From: Octopus vulgaris
Lineage: Eukaryota
NCBI GenBank assembly: GCA_951406725.2
Contig: OX597817.1
Span: 149,296,001-149,360,000, forward strand
Direction: 5' to 3'
Length of the DNA: 64,000 nt
Part shown: piece by piece, positions 1 to 14,083 of the stretch
How the letters are laid out: every line of letters starts with the position of its first letter
Position numbering within the stretch: the first letter of the stretch is position 1
Notes under the pieces: model-generated
What the model saw: only the letters and a program-made list of their open reading frames with translations
The model's database searches: none
Told to the model about the DNA's origin: nothing
Position numbers and translations under genes: made by a program

Positions 1-299
1 CTTGCTAGCGATACTATATTTTTTTCTCTCTCCTAACTCAAAACACTTAATTCTCATCTCACTAATCCAATATACCTTTTGTAAAATAATTATCCTGAGT
101 AGGCACAGTCAAATACTCATTAAATTTTCTCATTAATTATTAGATAACGAGTATGTCGCTATTTAATAATTCAGAGACACCCTGTGCATCAAAAAAACAG
201 TATTGATGTTTTTAACGTTGGGTGCATTAGACGTCTAACGAAATAAAAATGCCGATTAATATGCGGTCCTGGTCTTGAATATATTAAACGCTATCGTTC

Positions 300-940
300 T
301 GAGTACTTTGTCACCTTGCAATGTTGGGTTTAACTTGCAAAACAATGGGAAGCCCTTATATAGCGCTCAGCATACCACCAACATTTTCCATTATATCTAT
401 CGAGTCTTCTCTCGGATACTGACTCTGGTTCCGGAAATGGTTGGTGTCCAGCGAAAGTCACCCTTACCGAGCGAAAGAAGAAGCCTCTATGTGGTCTTTA
501 GATATAGTAGCTAAATCTGCCTTAATAACACCCTAACATCTTAAATAGTTCTGATTTTGGAAGAAGGTCGGCAATTTTGAAGGAGAGAGTGAGGTCACTT
601 AGATTCCTAGTACTTTGCTGGTACTTTATTTTATCGACCACTGAAAGGAAACAGGTGACTTTTGTGATATTCGAACGCACAACGTAAATATCCAGAAGAA
701 ATGAAGCTAAACATTTTATCCGATGCTCTAACGATTCTACCAGTTTACTGAACAAATAGGATAATATAGTCATACATATCATAAAAACTGAATGGTCACG
801 GATGGAAAGCTTTTGCTTATATGTCTCCTTCACCAAGGCTGACATGAAGCTAAAGAGCAGCAAGGTCATTAAGTCTCAAGGCTTCCTCGTTGACGTCATT
901 CTTTACTGAACCAAGCTTCAGAGATTTCTGAACAATTATT
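300..940 (-). mobile_element. Highly decayed Penelope-like element (PLE) fragment, RT thumb to start of GIY-YIG
   Basis: Minus-strand translation gives SFLLDIYVVR (cf. PLE LPFLDVLI.R) and, further on, RYNGKCWWYAERYIR (cf. GIY-YIG Y..C.C...YIG). Interrupted by stops and by a SINE scrap at ~618-660. Confidence 0.4.
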
Positions 941-979
941 CAGCAATAAATATTCTTTTCTACTCTAGGCAGAAGGCCA

Positions 980-1275
980 AAAATTGTGTCTTGGGTGAAT
1001 AAGTATACAAATTATAATAACACACGCACGTTCGGTTCCATTTCTTTATTATAAATCAATTGGTTAAATACCTAACGAACTAATTAATCGATGGTTTGTT
1101 TAACGTGTTGGTTAAATAGTCAAACGGTTTCTGTACCGTCTCTATTTAAACCTTACAACTGATTAATTAATTGATTGAATATCTAACCAATTGACTAATA
1201 ATTAAGAAGTAGAATTGAACCAGTGCGTGTATTATTGTTATTATTGGCTAATGACTCTCCCAAGAGAATAAAATT
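980..1275. repeat. Imperfect ~295-bp palindrome (MITE-like or old fold-back)
   Basis: Left ataacacacgcac..tcaattggttaaata..taattaatc matches the reverse complement of gattaattaa..tatctaaccaattgac..gtgcgtgtattat; centre near 1130. Confidence 0.7.
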
Positions 1276-1615
1276 TGTTTCAACTCACGAATTCACATCA
1301 AGAATGTTACAAAATATATACAAAAAGCAAATCAGATGTACGTTGCTTTAAATTAATCGTTTTCTATTATGACCTACAAACGTTATTCTTATCGCTCTTA
1401 AAACTACGCGCGTACGCGTGCATGCACGCACGCACGAACGAACGTAGACAGACGCACATACACTAACACACGCAAACACACATGCACTACCCCGCGCCAC
1501 ACACACACACATACACGTATTGACAATCATACATTAGCTTGAGTTTGAATAAATTATTTTCTGTGATCTACTAACATTATCATCCTTCTTCAAAATACAT
1601 ACACACGCATATATA

Positions 1616-1672
<57 letters not shown>

Positions 1673-1679
1673 ATATATA

Positions 1680-1741
<62 letters not shown>

Positions 1742-2074
1742 GCTATACAATGTTTTAAATTAATTGTTTGCTATTTTGACCTATATACACTCGTATCTTT
1801 CTTCAAATTATACGCACACATGCATACATACTTTAGTATAGGCCGTTATATATTGCTTCAAATGAATAATTTTCTATTATGATCTACTTACACTCCAATC
1901 TCTTCAAACTATATATACACAAACACACTGCATGTATATACATTTATACATTCCTTTAAACGTATAGGTTTCTATTATGACCTATATACATTCGTATCTG
2001 TCAACCAATATATATACATACTCTTATATATTGCATTCAGTTATGCATTGCATTATTTTTCTTTTATGAGATTA

Positions 2075-2225
2075 GGTGGCAGAATTGCTAGCACGCCGGA
2101 CAAAATGGTTAGCGGCATTTTGTCCGCCTTTACGTTATAAGTTCAAATTCCGCTGAGGTCGACTTTCCTTTCATCTCTTCCCAAAATATAGTTTGCCTTG
2201 TGCCAGTAGTAGAAAGGATTAATTT
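2075..2225 (+). mobile_element. tRNA-derived SINE, family A (Nin-like central domain), partial
   Basis: Head ggcagaa..tagcacgccgg..gttcaaattccgc, then gaggtcgacttt..ctttcatc, then tail ccttgtgcc..gtagaaagga. Confidence 0.8.
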
Positions 2226-2363
2226 TCTTTTATGACCTGTATATCATACAAACGTATCTCACTTCAAACTACACACACACACACACACACACACATACAC
2301 ACACACACATACACACACACGCATTTATACAATTGTGCATTGCTTTATATCTGGTTGTTAATA

Positions 2364-2514
2364 TACTGTAATATCTCACTTTACGAGGACTCGTTTTATA
2401 AAATATCGGGTTTACGAGATTTTACGAGTTTTACATTCTGTTTATGAGTTTTCGCTTTACAAGCGTTTTCCAGAAAAGAATTGACTCGTATATTGACTCG
2501 AGGAATTACTGTAC
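2364..2514. mobile_element. Tigger/pogo-like MITE (second copy at 39121-39260)
   Basis: Repeated tttacgag motifs, end aggaattactgta, and clear similarity to 39121-39260 (ttttcgctttac..ccagaaaagaatt). Confidence 0.6.
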
Positions 2515-2730
2515 TCTGAGTGAAAGGGGAATAGGAACAATGTTCATAATTGTTGTTGCTTTTTATTTAGACCCACATCAGGAACAGGTTCAGTTAATGT
2601 GTGTTCAAAGATGTTCTAAGCATGTCAATTCCTTCCTTATTTGTGATTAACAAACAGAAACTCAGCAATCTGATGATTTCCTACAACAATAATTAGTCCA
2701 ACGTGACAATGCCACATTCTATTTTTCTCA

Positions 2731-2766
2731 CTCTCTGATGACGGTTAAGTTTCCGAAACGTTAGAC
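2731..2766 (+). ncRNA. Minimal type-I hammerhead ribozyme-like motif
   Basis: TCT-CTGATGA-C-GG(ttaagttt)CC-GAAAC-GTT-AGA: canonical core boxes, stem I TCT/AGA, palindromic AACGTT in place of stem III. Confidence 0.55.
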
Positions 2767-3579
2767 CTTCCACTCCTCGTACCGACTGAACATACTACAC
2801 TATAGCAGTCCTAGATATACGATAGAAATTATAGCTTGGAAGACAGAATTAGCCATTCAAACGCACACAAGCACTGTTAACTTCACTTAAATATTTATTT
2901 GGTACCAAATTTTTTGTCGCAACAAAAGCAACCAGCTCGTAGATACAGTTCCAAAGGATATTTATGTAGATGGTTGTTCAAAGTGCCATTAACCATGTCG
3001 CAGTTGATGAGACAAAAATTTTCATACCAAATAATAAATGAAATTAACATTATGTGTTTTTGATTGGCGTATGTAAATCTCCGATATATACTACATTCTC
3101 AAATATACTACATCCATAATTCCATTGCCAAATGTGCCATTCTGTTGAAAGAGATTTAGCTGCTAAATCTAACAAATGGAGCAACTAAACAAAAACTTTT
3201 TCTGATATGATCTGAGGAGTTTCGTATCCGTTTAAATAGAAACGTCACAGAAACAGTAAACTCAGAGGAAATGAAGCCTTCATTTCTCTGTGTTCAGGCT
3301 TCGGACAGATTGTTAAGCCATTGCATTATGTGATATGAGAGTCGATATAAACACAAACATTCAACAATGGAGTAGATTCACATCAAAGACAGAGGTCTGT
3401 TTGCACTTCATCTTTTAGGCTTTTAACTAATTATTTCTCTTATTATTAGCAATGGACTCCCTCAACAATTTGTTGTTTGAACTTGCCTTACGTTTATTTT
3501 TTTCTTTCTTTCTTTCGTTCTTTCTTTATCTTTTGTTTTATATTATTCCTTTGTCTGATACTTTCATCATTGCCATTAT

Positions 3580-3584
3580 TATTA

Positions 3585-3618
<34 letters not shown>

Positions 3619-4170
3619 GTCGTCGTCGTCGTCGTCGTTATCATCACCATCACCATCGTCATCATTACGTTTGTTTATTTCTTGTTGATTCATTTTTGTT
3701 TTCAGTCAATAGTCGACTTTGCAGTTATTGCTGCTGCTGGTATTGTTGTTGTTGTTGTTGTTGTTGTTGCTGCTGCTGCTGCTTTTGTCGTTGCTGTTAT
3801 TGTTGATGTTGTTGCTTACGTTTTTTTTCTCCTTTTTGTTATTGCGCAGACGTACTTTTGTCAGTGTTGTTGTTATTGCTGTAGAGGTGATAGTATTCGT
3901 GGTGGTAATGGTGGTGGTGGTGGTGGTGGTAGAAGAGACAGTAGTACAAGTGGTGGTGGTGGTCATGTTGGTCGTGGTGGTGTTGGTGGTCATAGCAGAG
4001 ACATTAGTAGAAGTGGTGGTGGTGGTGGCGCCGGTGGCGGCGGCGGTGGTGGTGGTGGTGGTGGTGGTGATAGCAGAGACAGTAGTAGAAGTGGTGGTGG
4101 TGATATCAGAGACAATAGTAAAAGTGGTGGTGGTGACAGCAGAGACAGTAGTAGAAGTGGTGGCGGTGGC
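3580..4170. repeat. Trinucleotide mosaic (CAT/CGT/GTT/GCT/GGT) with a ~30-bp minisatellite
   Basis: Direct reading; unit agagacagtagtagaagtggtggtggtgat(ag)c repeats across 3933-4165. Confidence 0.9.
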
Positions 4171-4776
4171 GGCTATAATTTGTGGTATTCGTGATGATTC
4201 TTATGTTGAACGTTGGCCGAGATCGGCGGCGAACGGTTAATGGCGGAAGAAATGTTAGCAGAGAAAAATGGCGTCGGCTGTGTTGAAGACGGTATCGCCG
4301 CCACCGCCGCCGCTGTCGTCGTCGTCTTCGTTTTCGTTGGTGCAGACGGCGTTTCTGTTGGTGTCGGTGGACGATGACGGTGTGTGTGGCTTGGGTATAA
4401 CAATACATAAAGTAAAGAGTAGTGATGATGGTTAATAATGAAAGAAAAGTGGCAGGCAGTGACGTTGTGTTGGGTGATGTTGGTGTCGTCTGCACGATGG
4501 CGGTGATGGGATGGATTGGGGCGGCGGGCTATGGTGGTTTGCCAACACTCTTCGATGGGAGACACCGATTGGTTATTTATGAACTAGTCATATTCATTCG
4601 GGTATTAATAATAAATCGATTTGGAATAGTGTATGTCGCTCTGTCCTGTTATGTATGTATGTAACGTATGTATGTATGTAATGTACGTACGTATGTATTT
4701 GTGTACGTACGTACGTATGTATGTATGTAACGTATGGACGCGCGAATTTATGTACATATGCTTGTATGGATATAAT

Positions 4777-4810
<34 letters not shown>

Positions 4811-5490
4811 TGTATGTATGTATGTATGTATATAGTCCGTATTTATGTACGTATGTACGTATGTATATATATATGTATGTATGTATATATGTATGTATGT
4901 ATGTATGTAATGTATATACGTCCGTATTTATGTACGTATGTATGTAATTATGCATGTATTGTGCATGTGTGTGTATATATGCGTCAGTGTATGTATTGAG
5001 AAATTGTTATGCACATTCCTATACTTCCATTTACATACAAATGCATGTGCATGCACGTGCACGTTTCTCTATGCGCAGATGAATATATGTTTGTGTAGAT
5101 GTATATCGTGTACGTATACATACATTAATGCAGATATATGTGTATGCGCGATGGCGCGCCTGTGTGTATATATGCACATACATAGTACATATTAATGTAT
5201 GTACTATGTATGCCTGTGTGTTTCTAGGTATGTATGAATGTTTGTATGTATGCATTTATTCATGTATGCATGTATGAAGGTATGCATGCACGCTTCAAAA
5301 TTGCAAAATGGAAACCAGAAGTACTCAATACATGTAGCTAATGCAATATATCAATTTGTTCAAGCAACAAAGATGCGCAGATATATATATATATGTATAA
5401 ATATATATATATATATGTATAAATATATATATAAACACATCTACATACATATACATACATATATATGTAGATGTGTTTATATATATATTT

Positions 5491-5521
<31 letters not shown>

Positions 5522-5708
5522 CATTTATATATATATACATATACACACGCACATATATATATGCATAAAGTTTATATGTCCGTGTATGGTTCTGAGTATT
5601 TATACATGTATATTTGTACATACATACGGTTTGCCTTCATTCAAACGTATGACCTGTGTGTATGCATATGTACATACATATAATATAATATACACATAAA
5701 TACACATA

Positions 5709-5767
<59 letters not shown>

Positions 5768-5794
5768 ACATATATATAACGAATGTATTTACGT

Positions 5795-6094
5795 ATTTAT
5801 TGGCGGAGATGCATATAGGTGCGTATTTACATATAAAGATATATTAGAAACACACCTGAATATATATGTGTATATATATGTATGTGTGTGTATACACAAG
5901 CATATATATAGGTATATACATACTTACGTATATATATATATATATATATATATACGTAAGTATGTATATACCTATATATATGCTTGTGTATACACACACA
6001 CACACATATATATATACACATATATATATTCAGGTGTGTTTCTAATATATCTTTATATGTAAATACGCACCTATGTGCATCTCCGCCAATAAAT
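5795..6094. repeat. Near-perfect 300-bp palindrome centred on (TA)n
   Basis: Left arm atttattggcggagatgca..., right arm ...tgcatctccgccaataaat. ORFs 5748..6062(+) and 5827..6132(-) encode nearly the same peptide. Confidence 0.97.
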
Positions 6095-6509
6095 TTTAAT
6101 GTGCTTAAGTATGGAACTCCATTAATGCTCATTAATAATGTGACTACAGCAACAACGAAATTACATCAGATTCGACTCTCTCTTCTGTTCACATGTTATT
6201 GCAGACACGGCTTGTGTAGTTCCATGTATCAGCGGGGTATACACAGTTAGATAAATTTCTATCACATTGTGTCATCGTTTTGTACTGAAGTTAACAATTA
6301 CAACATTAGCAATCTGCAGCTTCGATGCCAGCCGTTTGTTATTGCAGGAGCTCACTGAATTCAGAATTCAAAGTTTGCGTACTGAATCATTTCAACAAAA
6401 TGGAGTTCGTGCCGAAATACAGTTACAAACGCGCGCGTCATCACACACGCACGCGCGCGTGCACACACATTTAATATAACGTTTATATATTTTACGTTTT
6501 ACGCATACA

Positions 6510-7108
<599 letters not shown>

Positions 7109-7298
7109 CTTTTTACAAGAACAGTGACAGTGATTCGAAGTTTCGGTCTGCTAGAATTCATCGAACAGTCTGTAAAGGCTTTCGGACAGAGACTTCGAAG
7201 TCACTTTCACAATTTTTCTTGTAAAAGTAATAAGTCTGTACTCTAAGGAAAGTATTGAGTTGTCCTTTAATCCAAAAACATGCAACATAATATAACAT

Positions 7299-7685
7299 CT
7301 AGGCGTAGGCGTGGCTGTGTGGTAAGAAACTTGATTCCCAACCACCATATGTTTCCGAGTTCAGTTCCACTACGTGGCACCTTGGGCAAGTGTCTTCTAC
7401 TATAGCCTCGGTCCGACCAAAAGCCTTGTGAGTGGCTTTGGTAGACGGAAACTGAAAGAAGCCTGTGGCATATACACATGTATGTATTTGTGTGTTAGTA
7501 TCTGTGCTTGCCCCTCCACTATCGCTTGACAACCGGTCTCCGTGTGTTTACGTTCCCGTAAAGAGAGCGATGGAAGAAATACAAAGGATAAGTCCAGGGA
7601 TCGATTTCTTCGAATAAAAGGCGGTGCTCCAGCATGGCCACAGTCAAAATGACTGAAACAAGTAAAAAAATAAAAGAGCGTAAAA
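7299..7685 (+). mobile_element. tRNA-derived SINE, family B, full length
   Basis: Head taggcgtaggcgtggctgtgtggtaag..gttcagttccac, core caccttgggcaagtgtcttctactatagcc, tail ggcggtgctccagcatggccacagtcaaaatgactgaaacaag. Confidence 0.85.
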
Positions 7686-8175
7686 GGAGACGTATGAGTA
7701 ATATATATATAAAGACACGTCGATGCCCTTACAAATACCGACATTTCACACAAGCACTCGCACACACACACAAGCACGCAAGCACTCAAGTGCATACATA
7801 CATACACAAGCACGCACACGCACATGCACGCACACACAAGCACACACAATTACACACATACAAGGGCACACGCACACAAGCAAGTACACACATATGCACA
7901 CATGCACACATGCACACACAAGAACACACACGCACACAAGCAAGTACACACACATGCACACGCACACACGCACACATACACACGTACACACACACACGTA
8001 CACATACACACGTACACACACACGCACACATACACACGTACACACACACACAAACGTACACAGGCACAGAAGCACGCACTCACACACACACACAAAAGCA
8101 CACAAGCACACACATGCAAAAGCACACACGCACACAGGCCCGCGCGTACACATGCACATACACACGCGCAGACAC

Positions 8176-8225
<50 letters not shown>

Positions 8226-8856
8226 GCACACACACACACACAAGAACACTCACACACACACATACAAGCGCGTACACACACACACAGGTATTACCAACTC
8301 GCAATTTATGCCATTGGTTTTAGTTCCTTAACTCACATTTAATATTCCTTTAAATTATCGTTAACGCTCTTATAAATTCTACCATGTACACATCTATCTG
8401 TGTGCGCGTCTATATGTGCATGTGTGCGCGTATACATGTGCCTCTGTGTGTGTGAGTGTATGTGTGTGTGCACGCGCGGTTTTGCATCTATGTGTATCAT
8501 AAATGCTACCCCCATCACTAATTCGTAATCTCTGCCGCCATTTTGACTTTATTACACGGTGCTAACGTTTCCTTATAATTTACCACAGCAGAACCAGAGC
8601 AAGCTAAATATCGGTGAATGTGTTTCTCGATAAATAACACACCCTAGTTACCTTTCTTGTATTGTAGTTTATACATACACAACCTTTCTATCAAATTGTT
8701 CGAAATTCATATTGTTCTGTTCATGTCCATCGAACATGCATTTGTATTATATTACGGCTCATATACAGGCTTATTGAATGCATACATGTATGCATACTTC
8801 TTACAATATTAATGAATGAAATAATGAATTAAAGATATATATATATATATATATAT

Positions 8857-8912
<56 letters not shown>

Positions 8913-9319
8913 ATGTACACTCGCGCGAATACTTTTTATGTAAGTAAATATGGTTATGCTGTGTGATTATGCTTAAGATTCTGTACATCCATACATCCTA
9001 CATATATGCATAGATGTAGACACACACACACACACGCACGCACGCACGCACGCACAGACATACACATGCGCACATATACAAATAAACATACATACATACA
9101 TGTGGTTGCCCCCCCCCCCCGTTATCGAGTATGGCCATTGCACGAAGCTTAATCAATGTTGTTATCGTGCAATGCCTGTGCAAGAAGATTTTTTTTAAAG
9201 TGAGGAAAGGCTGTGCACTGATTCAATCCCACTCACTAAGCAACAGCAGCCATAATCCGAAAAGAACAAGTCAACATCATCGGTAACCACTGAACTGCGT
9301 ATTTGATGTCGGAGTTATC

Positions 9320-9711
9320 CCAGTTACCTGAGTTACCCTCTCCTAGAAGGATACCCTAACAAAGGCTAGGAGTCCTTTACTCTCAATGGTTTAACTGCGC
9401 GATCGGGTATACAGTCCGATTATTTCTATGTCCCCGCGCATGACATTTATTGGATGGCCGTTGACTCTCAAGAGTTCCTCCGCCCTTTGACGGGTTTTGT
9501 TTTTCATCCCGCAGGGTATCCAATAACACCCTCCTCACCAACCAAGCTTGGTGGGGTTGCCGGTTTAGTCGCCGACAACCCGACCATGCAACAAGTTGTA
9601 CTGGGTTTAAATGTTACTAGTAGCACTCGAAAGTGACCTGACATACATACATACATACATACATACATACATACATACATACATACATACATACATACAT
9701 ACATACATACA

Positions 9712-9742
<31 letters not shown>

Positions 9743-9912
9743 TGAAGTCAGCTGCCCTACCGGTATAAACATTCTCTTTGAAAATCAAAGCTAAAGAGGA
9801 TATCTATTGACAACTGTTTCGAAACTTCCAGCTTCTATATCCAGACTACGATGCCCTAACAAAGGCTAGGAGTCCTTCACTCCCAATGGTTTAACCGCGT
9901 GATCGGGTATAC
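9320..9912 (-). mobile_element. Probable RTE-type retroelement 5' region next to (CATA)n, with a ~60-bp direct repeat (9354-9412 and 9854-9912)
   Basis: gagttaccctctcctag..aaggctag motif resembles RTE 5' sequence from memory; the direct repeat is seen directly. Confidence 0.4.
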
Positions 9913-10149
9913 ATACATACATACATACATACATACATACATACATACATACATACATACATACATACATACACATATAAAAAATATAAGTGGGTCTTCT
10001 TTCAAATTGGTTGTCTTCAAGACATAAAATAAACTAATTTGCAAATTATTTCCTTTTAACTATTCGCTGTATATTCCTCTCAAACATATCACACAACACA
10101 TACCATCACCATTATTCTTTTTACGCATCGCATTAGTTTTCTTTTATGA

Positions 10150-10365
10150 GGTGAGCTGGCAGAAACGTTAGCATGCCGGGCGAAATGCTTAGCGTTACTT
10201 CGTCTGTCTTTACGTTCAGAGTTCAAATTCCGCCGAGGTCGACTTTGCCTTTCATCCTTTCGGGGTCGATAAATTAAGTACCAGTGAAATACTTGGGTCA
10301 ATTTAATCGACTTAGACCCTACCCCAAAACTTCAGGCCTTATGCTTTTAGTAAAGAGGTTTGTTA
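10150..10365 (+). mobile_element. SINE family A (Nin-like), full monomer
   Basis: gagctggcagaaacgttagca..gagttcaaattccgccgaggtcgactttgcctttcatcctttcggggtcgataaattaagtacc. Confidence 0.9.
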
Positions 10366-10394
10366 TTTTTTATCATGATTATTATTTTCAGTGG

Positions 10395-10565
10395 CATCTT
10401 TCCATTCTGTTTCCATTTCTCGCCGAGTGTCTTCCTGACACCTAGGGCAGAGAAACGTACTGGTTGGTCATTAAAACAAACGCACCAGATTGTGTATTTA
10501 CAGAGTCGTGTGACAGAGAAAAAGGAAAAATAAAAAATAGAAAATTAAACAAATAAAGGTGGAAA
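10395..10565 (-). mobile_element. 3' UTR fragment of an R4/Dong-like LINE
   Basis: ttcc.tttctcgccg.gtgt.ttcc..cacctagggcagagaa is shared with the Dong 3' UTR at 60880-60925; followed by a long (TTA)n. Confidence 0.55.
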
Positions 10566-10637
<72 letters not shown>

Positions 10638-10918
10638 TATCAACGTATCAGAAACTTACCCTGCGTCTTTACGGTTGTGCTACGAATGAGAGACTGATAG
10701 TTGTAGGGTGTGAAGCAGGATATGCATAAGTCTACTGGACCCAATAATTGTTACAAACGATAAAATATTGGCAACAAGCCAAGACATCCTGATCTGTTGA
10801 CACGAATTTTAGAAATAATTTTATACAATACTTCTAGATAAGTTAAATCTTGATTCCTAAAACTATGACCTTCTACTTCTTCTTCCTCCCCTTCTTCTTC
10901 TTCTTCTTCTTCTTCTTA

Positions 10919-10982
<64 letters not shown>

Positions 10983-11754
10983 CATTGTTCTACTACTACT
11001 ACTATTACTACTACTACTATTTCTTCTTCTTCTTCATCTTCTTCGTTTTCTTCGCCTTCTTCGTCTTCTTCCTCTTCTTCGACTTCGTCTTCTTATTCTT
11101 CTGCTTCTGCTTCTTCTTTTTTCTTCTTCTTTCTCGTCTTCTTCTACTACTACTTCCTCTACTTCGTCTTCTTTTTCTTCTTCTTCTTCGTCGTCTTCTT
11201 CTTCTTCGTCTTCTTCTTCCTCGTCTTGTTGTTGTTCTTCTACTTTTTCTTTTTCTTCTTCTTCTTCGTTTTCTCCTTCTTCGTCTTCTTCGCCTTCTTC
11301 TTCAGTGTAATGACTAAAACAAGTAAAAGATAAATGATATAATCCAATAGGACTCGATTTTAAGTTAATTACCCAAATTCATACCGTTGGACATCCTTCA
11401 CTTATTATTATTTATAGCTCCTTCTATTTTTGATTATACAAATTACCGTCAGATAAATAGGCATCAAAAAATCTTTCTCAATATGTAAAAATGTAATTGT
11501 CTGGTCTGCAACCAAAGTGTGTTAGTGCAGTGCTGACAAGCTCGAAAAGTCAGAAACATAAGCATTTAGATCTCACTTGCTGCCACAAAAACAAAGCACA
11601 CACATTCCTTTGTATATAAATTACCCGACAAAAGGATTCTTGAAATTTCTCCTTGATTTCTGAAATTTATCTCCCCTTATCCTTGAGTGTCGTTAATAAA
11701 TATCTCTAGGTTTCTGTTTTCTGATTTCGCAAGAAATTTTTTAAATCTCACAGT

Positions 11755-12010
11755 TGTTCATGGCATGTAGCACCCTGCGCTTCAAGCAACCGCATCAATG
11801 TACTCCAGTGATTCGATGGAGCAACCAGGCTGCCGACGATCTGACAGGTTCGCAGAGCACCTGTTCCAGAAGGTCATCTGCTGCTCAACATTTAACTTCC
11901 GTTTCTCCATCTTCGACTTGGCCTCCAACGCCGGATCTCTCCATTCTCGCTTCCTGAATGAAGAGACGTTCATCTTTTTTCTAAAAGTAGACCCTAATGT
12001 TTAATTCTAT
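11755..12010 (+). mobile_element. PLE GIY-YIG endonuclease C-terminal remnant
   Basis: ORF 11798..12004 QPGCRRSDRFAEHL..STFN..SIFDL..SRFLNEETFIFFL..DPN matches the PLE pattern GETGRRL.DRF.EHL..HFN..R..E..LIF.L...P.GLN. Confidence 0.7.
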
Positions 12011-12329
12011 ATACATCACTGCCTGCTCCAGCATGACAAATCTCTATTCTTCTCCCATCCTGTCTTCACTCCTCCAATCCACACAACATTCCACTCACAT
12101 TCCACCTCTCCACTATTCGCACCATAACCTACCTCCACTCCTATACTTGCACACATATTACACATATGGTAAATCATAGCCTTCACACACACACACACAC
12201 ACCTTATATCCACCTCTCTCCTTCCATCCCCTTCCCTCGCGCATAGACGCACCCCCTTCCTTCATTAATATTCGCATACGCATACACACACATACACACC
12301 TTTATTCCATTCCATTATATTCTTACTTT

Positions 12330-12364
<35 letters not shown>

Positions 12365-12779
12365 TGGAACACTAGCACTCACACAAACACACATATATAC
12401 ATCGACGCTTTGGTCATACTTGTTCAGATTCCCATATTTCAATCACTATCTTCTCTCTCCTGATTCCACTCGTGAAGTGTGCAGTGGTCAAGCTCTTCTC
12501 TAATGATGACCGCATTTGTTTTGTTTGTTTTTGTTCTTCTTATCATTTTCTCCTTCTTCCCTCAGCCATTCTCTATCTTTCTAGAAGCACTCGTGTTCCA
12601 CGTTGATATGCTTTCGTATTTACTCTATTTCATCTTTTCCTTGGACATCTTTCCATCTCCTCTTTTACCATCTTTTCGGCCGTAATCTTATTTTGGAATA
12701 TTTAGAATTTTACCACTTTGACATCTTTTCACTTTTTATATTTCATTTTCTCGAACTTTTTCAGCCTTTTCCGCTTTGC

Positions 12780-13330
12780 TAAATTTATCGATCTCGGAAG
12801 GATGAAAGGCAAAGTCGACCTCGGCGGAATTTGAACTCAGAACATAAAGACATACGAAATACCGTTAAGCATTTCGGTCGGCGCGTTAACGTATCTGCTG
12901 GGTCGCTGCCTAAGAACATTAGATATTCTTTTCTGCTCTAGGCACAAGGTCCGAAATTTTTGAGGGAGAGGAGGCAAGTCGATTATCTCGACCCCAGTAC
13001 ACAACTGGTACTTAATTTATCGATCTCGGAAAGATGAAAGGCAAAATCAATCTCGGCGAAACTTAAACTCAGAACTTAAAAACAGATGAAATACCTATTT
13101 CTTTACTACCCACAAAGGGCTAAACACAGAATGGACAAACAAGGACAGACAAACGGAATAAGTCGATTACATCGACCCTAGATCGTAATTGGTACTTAAT
13201 TTATCGACCCCGAAAAGATGAAAGGCAAAGTCGACCTCGGCGGAATTTGAACTCAGAACATAACGGCAGACGAAATACGGCTACGCATTTCGCCCGGCAT
13301 GCTAACGTTTCTGCCAGCTCGCCGCCTTAG
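12780..13330 (-). mobile_element. SINE family A cluster (partial monomer plus a 184-bp-unit dimer)
   Basis: Three copies of gatgaaaggcaaagtcgacctcggcggaatttgaactcagaac; the last two are 184 bp apart. Confidence 0.9.
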
Positions 13331-13508
13331 CAAGTCTAGATAGTATCTAAAACATTTAAGATTCTAAACAGGCAACAAGAATTACTATCAAAATGGCGTT
13401 ACGAGAAGAAACTTAACTTTTAATTATAATAAAAATACTAGACATTGATTGCTAACCCGCCAGAATTTTGCAAACTCATAAATTATAGACAACAATACAT
13501 ACATAAAT

Positions 13509-13631
<123 letters not shown>

Positions 13632-13649
13632 CATAGGTATATATACATA

Positions 13650-13710
<61 letters not shown>

Positions 13711-13809
13711 TCGTTGTATATATGTCCGAGTGTTTGTACGTGTGTTTATGTGTATGTTACACAGGTTTTTTTTTAACACACCCGTATGCAAGTGTTCTGT
13801 ATGATTTCA

Positions 13810-13849
<40 letters not shown>

Positions 13850-14043
13850 CACACACATACACACACAGACACACACACACACACATACACATAAGAACTT
13901 GCATACACACGTTTGTGTGAGGGTATACTAATGGTTGCGATTGTGCGCATGTTTGTACGTTCCTATATATGCAGATGCGTCCCTGAGATTATGAATGACC
14001 GTATCTATGTGATTAATGGAGAAAAACAACGCAAGCGACAGAA

Positions 14044-14083
<40 letters not shown>

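Noticed and set aside
2940-3080. KDIYVDG, similar to a BEL/Pao RT motif
   Set aside because: One short motif surrounded by stops; not enough support.
4106-4565. GC-rich minus-strand ORFs, one with a signal-peptide-like start
   Set aside because: GTG start, decayed trinucleotide composition, no recognisable domain.
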